This document shows, piece by piece, positions 58,117 to 64,000 of a stretch of DNA of 64,000 nucleotides. The notes below the pieces were generated by a model. That model searched no databases, had not been told where the DNA came from, and saw nothing but the letters and a program-made list of their open reading frames with translations. This stretch comes from Desulfomonilaceae bacterium (GTDB lineage Bacteria; Desulfobacterota; Desulfomonilia; Desulfomonilales; Desulfomonilaceae): the NCBI GenBank assembly GCA_049969795.1, contig JBMFOE010000003.1, forward strand, positions 11,184 to 75,183, written 5' to 3'. Position 1 is the stretch's first letter, and every line of letters starts with the position of its first letter. A program made the translations under genes and the position numbers.

Positions 58117-58899
58117 ATGACGAACACAGAAGCAGCGCAATTTATCAGTGACAATCTCCGGTTAAAGACAGCCCCCATTGCTGTCCGTTTTTTGCGGGCG
58201 GGTGAGGCGTTCCCAGAGAATTGTCGAAGACCTTCCGCACACTTGGGCAAGCGCATCACCATCTGTCAGGCGGTCACCATGGCCAGGGTTTACTCCTGGG
58301 AGCTTGGCTTGGACAAAGAAGACCTTATATGCGTACCGGCCATGATCACCTTCGGCTTCACGAGGGCCTCCCGTCCTATGGACACCCTTGCAAAGCTTTT
58401 TTGCGACGTCGGCTTTGCCGAGCATGCGGACGGCGCTGCAAGAGAGACGTCCAGCATGTATTCTTTGGAAAAAGAGAACCAGCATGGCATCTTGCTGGGG
58501 CCCTTACAAAAGGCGGAATACGAGCCGGATACAGTGTGCTTGTACGGCAATCCCGCGCAGATCATGCGCCTCATCCAGGCGTGGACCTTTCACTCGGGCC
58601 TCAGGGTAGATGGCCATTTCGGAGGCAAAGTGGAATGCACGGAATACTTGTTGGCGCCCTTCAAGACAGGAATGCCTCGGATCGCCATCCCCGGCATGGG
58701 CGACAGAATCTTTTCCATGACCCAAGATGAAGAAATGGTCTTCGCCCTGCCGGGCGCCGCGCTGGAGCACCTCGTGATCGGCCTGCGCAATGCCGGGCGC
58801 AAAATAGGCGCAAGATATCCCATTACCTTTTATCAGAATTTCCAGCCCGAGTTTCCCAAACCATACAAAGTGGTTGCAGACGAGCTGGAACTCTTCTAG
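58117..58899 (+). CDS. DUF169-like protein of unknown function
   Basis: Size and pattern (LKTAPIAVRFL...ITICQAVTMAR...VPAMITFGF) match my recollection of DUF169. Not verified by search. Confidence 0.5.
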   Translation: MTNTEAAQFISDNLRLKTAPIAVRFLRAGEAFPENCRRPSAHLGKRITICQAVTMARVYSWELGLDKEDLICVPAMITFGFTRASRPMDTLAKLFCDVGFAEHADGAARETSSMYSLEKENQHGILLGPLQKAEYEPDTVCLYGNPAQIMRLIQAWTFHSGLRVDGHFGGKVECTEYLLAPFKTGMPRIAIPGMGDRIFSMTQDEEMVFALPGAALEHLVIGLRNAGRKIGARYPITFYQNFQPEFPKPYKVVADELELF

Positions 58900-58984
58900 G
58901 CCATTGCGGGAGGCCCCGAGACGCCGCATTCGTGACCAGAAATGCACGAATAGGGCCGGTACAGACGCAAAGGAGGTTCTTTTC

Positions 58985-60055
58985 ATGGAAGATGTGTATA
59001 AACGACTGGCGCGCAAATTAGACGAGCTGCCGAACGGCTATCCTGAAACCGAATCGGGCGTGGAGCTGAAAATCCTTAAAAAGATCTTTAGCCCTGAAGA
59101 CGCGGAAATGGCCCTCAAGATCAACCCGTTTCCCGAGACTGCTGAAGCCATAGCCCAACGTTTGGCGCTGCCCCTGGATGAAATGCAAAAAATACTCGAC
59201 CGCATGGTTGAGAAGGGACAAATCGGATCGGCCCGTTTGAAGGGGGAGCAGGTGTATATGCTCGTACCATTTATCGTAGGCATCTTTGAATTCCAACTCA
59301 ACAGATTGGACAAAGAACTCGCCGACCTGGTCGAAGAATATGCGCCGTCGTTGATGACAACCGTGGGCAAGGTCCCGCCCGCGGTGATGCGAGTGGTTCC
59401 TATCAATGCTCAGATCAGGGGCCAGCAAGAGGTGCATCCGTACGAAGACATAAGGCAGACTTTGGGAAAGGCGAAATCCTTTCAGGTCATGGACTGCATT
59501 TGTAGAAAAGAAGCCGCGCTTCAGGGACACCCATGCAAGCACCCCATTGAAGTATGCTTGTCCTTTTCTCAGCATGAAGGCGCCTTTGACAGGTACCACA
59601 TGGGACGAATCATCACCAAGGACGAGGCCCTTGCGGTACTGGACAAGGCAGAAGAAGAAGGGCTCGTTCACTGCACGTACAACGTCCAGTCCGGTCAGAT
59701 GTTTGTCTGTAATTGCTGTCCCTGCTGTTGCGGGATCCTCCGGGGCGTCAAGTACTTCAAAGCCCCTCATCTCATGGCGAGGAGCAACTATGTGGCATAT
59801 ATTGACCCGGATGTCTGCGTGGCATGCGGAACCTGCGCCGACGAAAGATGCCCCATGAAGGCCATCAACGAGGGAGAAAGCGCGTATCAAGTTGATCCAG
59901 AGCGGTGCATTGGGTGCGGGGTGTGCACGACGACGTGTCCCACCGATGCGATCTCCCTGTTGAGAAAGCCCGAAGAGCTTCAAGAACAACCCCCTAGAAA
60001 CATTGTCGAGTGGTATATGCAACGAGCCGCCAACAGGGCAGCCTCGGCGCACTGA
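58985..60055 (+). CDS. Cys-rich Fe-S protein with C-terminal 2x[4Fe-4S] ferredoxin domain
   Basis: CVACGTCADERCP and CIGCGVCTTTCP, plus upstream MDCICRK...CKHPIEVC and FVCNCCPCCCG. RBS AAGGAGG before ATG 58985. Confidence 0.65.
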   Translation: MEDVYKRLARKLDELPNGYPETESGVELKILKKIFSPEDAEMALKINPFPETAEAIAQRLALPLDEMQKILDRMVEKGQIGSARLKGEQVYMLVPFIVGIFEFQLNRLDKELADLVEEYAPSLMTTVGKVPPAVMRVVPINAQIRGQQEVHPYEDIRQTLGKAKSFQVMDCICRKEAALQGHPCKHPIEVCLSFSQHEGAFDRYHMGRIITKDEALAVLDKAEEEGLVHCTYNVQSGQMFVCNCCPCCCGILRGVKYFKAPHLMARSNYVAYIDPDVCVACGTCADERCPMKAINEGESAYQVDPERCIGCGVCTTTCPTDAISLLRKPEELQEQPPRNIVEWYMQRAANRAASAH

Positions 60056-60090
60056 AGCATGCCCGGCGCATCCAGAAAAGAGGGAGTACC

Positions 60091-60474
60091 ATGCGAGAAG
60101 CGCCTGACAAGGCCGCTCAAGAAGCCAACGCGGCAGGAACCCCGACGCGTACGCTCCCGGAGTTCGTTGATACCTACTATGCCGGCTGCACCATGGTGGT
60201 ATCTTCTCCGGTAGATATTTGCGTATATTTCGGGCGATACACGTTGAAAGACCTTGAGAGCGGCCGTCCCGGCCTGGTGCAGGTTTTCGAGAAGCAGGTG
60301 TATCTCACGCCAGAGGAAGCTGAACGCGTGGGCCAAGCGATACTCAAGACCGTCCAAGTGTTCAAGGCGGCGCAAAGAGGCGAACTCAAGGCGGGCGCGA
60401 GCCAGACGTCGGGGACGCAATCTGTCAACCCGGATCCTCTCCTCTCTAATCGGGACGACCTTATCAAAGTCTAG
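60091..60474 (+). CDS. DUF3467-like small protein
   Basis: YYAGCTMVVSSPVDICVYFGR ... KQVYLTPEEAERVGQAILKTVQVFK follows the DUF3467 pattern as I recall it. RBS AGAGGGAG. Confidence 0.45.
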   Translation: MREAPDKAAQEANAAGTPTRTLPEFVDTYYAGCTMVVSSPVDICVYFGRYTLKDLESGRPGLVQVFEKQVYLTPEEAERVGQAILKTVQVFKAAQRGELKAGASQTSGTQSVNPDPLLSNRDDLIKV

Positions 60475-60565
60475 CGACGCAGTGGATCAGTCACCCCTAT
60501 TCGATCAACGCGGCTAGGAGTGACGGAGGGACGTTTGTCCCAGGGAGTTCGCTGCAGCCGAAGCA

Positions 60566-62563
60566 ATGAGCGAATTACTACTCCATGATATTGTGTACAT
60601 TTGCGCGCTTGCGCTCGGCGTAGCGCTGGTCTGCCACCGACTGGCAATCCCCCCTGTTGTAGGCTTTCTCATCACAGGCATCATCTGCGGCCCCCACGGC
60701 CTACAAATAATCCATGAAACAGAAGGCGTCGAACAAATCGCTGAGATCGGGGTTGTCTGCCTCTTATTCACTATCGGGGTAGAATTTTCACTCAAGACCC
60801 TGTTGAGAATGAGGTTCATGACGGTGTTTGGGGGCGGCATACAGGTGGGCTTGACTTTGGGCGCCGGGGCGATCCTGGGACTGGCGCTTGGTTTGAGTCT
60901 GAACCACGCAATCTTTTTTGGGTTTCTCTTGGCCCTGAGCAGCACGGCCATAGTTCTGAAAATCCTCCAGGATAAGCTGCTCATTGAGACTCCGCATGGT
61001 CGGTTAGCGGTGGCAATTCTTATCTTCCAGGATATCATCGTCGTCCCTTTGATGCTCATAGCGCCTTTTCTTGCCGGCAAAGGCGAGAGCCTCGCCAACG
61101 AACTCGGGATGCTCCTGGTGAAGTTTCTCGCCATCGTCGCCGTAGTTCTCGTAGGAACGCGTCTCGCGGTTCCGCTCTTGCTCCACCAAGTCGCTAAAAT
61201 GAAAAACCGGGAGTTGTTCGTGATCGCGGTCGTGCTGCTGGCTCTCGGCGTGGCATGGCTCACCCATTCCATGGGACTGTCTCTGGCGCTGGGAGCCTTT
61301 ATCGCAGGACTTATCGTGTCTGAATCCGAATTCAGCGAAACAGCTTTGGGAAATGTCCTGCCTTTCAGGGACTTGTTTACCAGCATCTTTTTTGTGTCAG
61401 TGGGGATGCTCCTTGACGTGAAATACGCGGCGACTCACCTCCTCTATTTGTCGCTGGTGACATGCACGGTGATGCTGCTCAAGGCTTTCATCGCGGGGAC
61501 GACGGCCTTGCTCCTCAAATTACCTCTGAGAACGGCTGTCCTTTCAGGTTTGGCGCTAAGCCAGATTGGCGAATTCTCATTCGTGCTGTCGGAGCCTGGC
61601 ATAAAACTCGGCATCCTCACGCCAGAGTTTTATCAATTATTCCTAGGGGTCTCCGTGATCACCATGATGGCAACCCCCTACCTCATCGGATCAGGCCATC
61701 GCATCGCCGACGCGCTGCTGAAATTGCCGCTGCCCCCGTCGTGGAAAACTGGCCTCAAACCAAGCCAGGTCGTCGAGGACGCCGCCGCAATGAATCGAGG
61801 CCTCATCATCGTGGGGTATGGCGCCAATGGGAAACATTTGTCTTTTGCCGCCTCCCTCGCAGGAATTCCGAGAGTAATCATTGAACTCAACCCCGAAACC
61901 GTGCGCCAGGAGAGGGAAAAAGGCGCGCCAATTTTCCAGGGAGATGCATCCCAAGAAACGGTATTAATGCACGCTGGCATAAAGAACTGCGCGATACTCG
62001 CCATAGTCATTTCGGATCCCAGCGCTACAAAGAGAATTATCGCCGCCGCTCGAGCGCTCAACAAATCCGTGCACATCATCTGCCGGACGAGATTTCTTTC
62101 GGAAGTCGATGCGCTGCACTCGCTTGGAGCGGACGAAGTTATACCTGAGGATTATGAAGCCTCCATCGAGATACTCACGCGCGTCTTGTCAAAGTACTTT
62201 GTCCCCCGACGAGAAGTGGACGAGATCGTGGATCAAATCAGAGCAAATCACTATGGTATGTTGCGCAGGCTCAGCGAACAGACGCCGCATATAGCAGACC
62301 TCAATCTTCAACAAGCGGGCGCAAACATTCATGCATTGCGAGTCGCGTCAGGGTCTGCAGCGACCCAAAAAACCATTAGGGAACTCGACTTGAGGAAAAA
62401 TTATGGCGTCACCGTGCTCGGGCTGAGGAGGGGACAAAGTTTTCTCGCCAACCCTGCGGCAGATGAGAAGATAGAAGCTGATGACGTCATAGTGGTTCTT
62501 GCGGATTCTGGTTCCGTTGTGTTGCTGGAAAAGTTGGTCAGCCCTTCTTCGCCGGACGCGTGA
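60566..62563 (+). CDS. CPA2-family monovalent cation:proton antiporter with TrkA-N/TrkA-C (RCK) domains (KefB/KefC-like)
   Basis: About 12 TM Na+/H+-exchanger domain, then IIVGYGANGKHL Rossmann (TrkA-N) and a C-terminal TrkA-C (LRVASGSAATQKTIRELDLRKNYGVTVLGLRRG). Confidence 0.88.
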   Translation: MSELLLHDIVYICALALGVALVCHRLAIPPVVGFLITGIICGPHGLQIIHETEGVEQIAEIGVVCLLFTIGVEFSLKTLLRMRFMTVFGGGIQVGLTLGAGAILGLALGLSLNHAIFFGFLLALSSTAIVLKILQDKLLIETPHGRLAVAILIFQDIIVVPLMLIAPFLAGKGESLANELGMLLVKFLAIVAVVLVGTRLAVPLLLHQVAKMKNRELFVIAVVLLALGVAWLTHSMGLSLALGAFIAGLIVSESEFSETALGNVLPFRDLFTSIFFVSVGMLLDVKYAATHLLYLSLVTCTVMLLKAFIAGTTALLLKLPLRTAVLSGLALSQIGEFSFVLSEPGIKLGILTPEFYQLFLGVSVITMMATPYLIGSGHRIADALLKLPLPPSWKTGLKPSQVVEDAAAMNRGLIIVGYGANGKHLSFAASLAGIPRVIIELNPETVRQEREKGAPIFQGDASQETVLMHAGIKNCAILAIVISDPSATKRIIAAARALNKSVHIICRTRFLSEVDALHSLGADEVIPEDYEASIEILTRVLSKYFVPRREVDEIVDQIRANHYGMLRRLSEQTPHIADLNLQQAGANIHALRVASGSAATQKTIRELDLRKNYGVTVLGLRRGQSFLANPAADEKIEADDVIVVLADSGSVVLLEKLVSPSSPDA

Positions 62564-62618
62564 GTCACGGCAGGGCATGCCAAGGAGTTTCAACCGGATG
62601 TGAGAAAAGGAGAAGAGC

Positions 62619-63113
62619 ATGAATCGGAAATCTTTGAGCTTAGTCGGCGGAGTGTGCGCGATCTTTCTCGTTGGCCTGAGTTATGCCGGCGACTTCTTGC
62701 ATCAAACAACCGGCCAAACCATTTATGTACCTGTATATTCGCATATTTATGGAGGACTGCGGTCAAGGCCCCTTGACCTGACCGCCACGCTCAGCATCCG
62801 CAACACCGACGCAGCGGCGCCTCTGAGCATCACATCGGTGAAATATTACGATTCCGATGGAAAATTGGTGAGAAACCATCTGAAAAAAGAGCGACCATTG
62901 GGGCCTCTGGCGACCACCCATTTCATCGTGGAAGAAAGCGATACCTCGGGCGGCTCTGGCGCAAAATTCATTGTGCAATGGAAATCAACCAAGCCCATCA
63001 CGCCCCCCATAATCCAGTGCGTCATGATAACGATTCAGTCCGGTCTTGGAATCTCGTTTGTCACAGAGGGAAAGGTCACCGAAGACGCCAGCGTCGAGAC
63101 CTCGGGGAAATGA
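62619..63113 (+). CDS. secreted DUF3124-like protein
   Basis: Signal peptide, then GQTIYVPVYSHIYGG as in DUF3124 (recollection, unverified). Confidence 0.45.
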   Translation: MNRKSLSLVGGVCAIFLVGLSYAGDFLHQTTGQTIYVPVYSHIYGGLRSRPLDLTATLSIRNTDAAAPLSITSVKYYDSDGKLVRNHLKKERPLGPLATTHFIVEESDTSGGSGAKFIVQWKSTKPITPPIIQCVMITIQSGLGISFVTEGKVTEDASVETSGK

Positions 63114-63117
63114 TTGT

Positions 63118-63972
63118 ATGATCATAGACGCCCATTGCCACATGTTCACCCCTAAATTGGTTCGGAATGTCGCCCGTAAAACGCGGATGGTAGCAGAACT
63201 TTGTCTCGATACAGAGAACGCGTATCGCAGGCTCACGCCGCTTGGCCTCGAGGCCGCGGCAGCGCTTCACGGCGTTGCTCATTGCGTCCTCCTGCCCACC
63301 GCGTACGCCCACCGAGTGAAGGCTGAAAACGATCTCTTTATGCATTTCACAAACGGATCGAACCGCATCAAGACGTTGGCGACGCTCCATCCATCGATGA
63401 CCGATCTTGAAAAGGAGGCGCGCCGCATTTTCTCCATGGGCATCACAGGGTTCAAGTTTTCCAGCTTTACCCAACGCTTTGACCTCGAGTCGTCGGCGGC
63501 TGATGAGATGCTCTCTGTGGTCGAGCATGCTGGGGCGTTATTCGGGATAAAGCCTGTGGCGGTGTTTGATACCTTCGTGAAAGCGGACGCTTATTTTGGC
63601 GCGGACCCAAACCATCTGACGACGCCGAGGAAGTTGGCGCAGGCGGCAGAGCGTCACCAGGTGTTGCGCATTGTCGCCGCTCACATGGGCGGCTTGACCG
63701 CGGAATTCCAGGAGATTGCGACATACCTCAAACCCCGTGAGAATTTGTATCTCGATACCTCGAACGCAGCCCATACCCTCAGCAAGGACGAATTCATTTC
63801 TTTGCTCCTCATCCATGGACCAGAGCGCATTCTGTTTGGTACGGATTGGCCATGGTTTCATTATCGTGAGGAAATACCCCTTATACGAGGTCTTTGTTCA
63901 TCGGCCGGATTCCGAGACGACCAAATTCAAATGATAATGGGGGGCAACGCTGCTGCCCTCTTTCTTTCCTGA
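63118..63972 (+). CDS. amidohydrolase-family (TIM-barrel metal-dependent hydrolase) protein
   Basis: MIIDAHCHMF N-terminal HxH motif, a later AAHMGG and C-terminal FGTDWPW. Starts 4 nt after the upstream stop. Confidence 0.7.
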   Translation: MIIDAHCHMFTPKLVRNVARKTRMVAELCLDTENAYRRLTPLGLEAAAALHGVAHCVLLPTAYAHRVKAENDLFMHFTNGSNRIKTLATLHPSMTDLEKEARRIFSMGITGFKFSSFTQRFDLESSAADEMLSVVEHAGALFGIKPVAVFDTFVKADAYFGADPNHLTTPRKLAQAAERHQVLRIVAAHMGGLTAEFQEIATYLKPRENLYLDTSNAAHTLSKDEFISLLLIHGPERILFGTDWPWFHYREEIPLIRGLCSSAGFRDDQIQMIMGGNAAALFLS

Positions 63973-64000
63973 AAACGACGCGTACGCTACATAAAACGAC

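Noticed and set aside
59018-60052. 344-aa minus-strand ORF
   Set aside because: Antisense shadow of the Cys-rich Fe-S protein gene, with no motifs or RBS.
60514-61386. 290-aa minus-strand ORF
   Set aside because: Antisense to the KefB-like antiporter. Ser/Pro/Arg-rich, with no membrane or domain features.

Overview
Gene-dense 64-kb chromosomal window: about 56 protein genes, one tRNA and one decayed gene. It probably comes from an anaerobic Desulfobacterota (deltaproteobacterial) organism, possibly a propionate-oxidising syntroph. That guess is an inference from content: tetrahaem cytochrome c3, a hydrogenase maturation protease, succinyl-CoA synthetase plus methylmalonyl-CoA carboxyltransferase and a B12 mutase subunit, and many Fe-S and radical SAM proteins. 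Most genes are housekeeping or central metabolism: serC-serA-purA, tRNA-Val-thrS-infC, rapZ plus a truncated mannose-type PTS, rimI, pcm, ClC, sucCD, ispH, ftsH, recO, dnaJ and a KefB-type antiporter. I saw no rRNA, CRISPR array, transposase, integrase, phage gene or recognisable defence system. The items worth a second look are unusual domain fusions and one long same-strand gene array. (1) A roughly 10.5-kb array at 49.9-60.5 kb starts with a B12-radical-SAM enzyme fused to a trigger-factor-type PPIase domain. It continues through a crotonase, a FadH/OYE-type Fe-S flavoenzyme, a two-subunit 2-oxoacid:ferredoxin oxidoreductase, DUF169, a Cys-rich Fe-S protein and DUF3467. (2) An IspH-UbiA prenyltransferase fusion. 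(3) A FabV/FabI-like reductase fused to a FabZ-like dehydratase and translationally coupled to a DHH phosphoesterase. (4) A DUF202-type membrane protein whose ERTxLA motif is expanded into 20 uninterrupted heptads. (5) Families of short hairpin-forming intergenic repeats that fill most of the long spacers and create spurious ORFs. (6) An apparent frameshift in the PTS EIIC gene and a scar of a deleted Liv-type ABC transporter. All functional calls come from motif recognition by eye; no database search was run.
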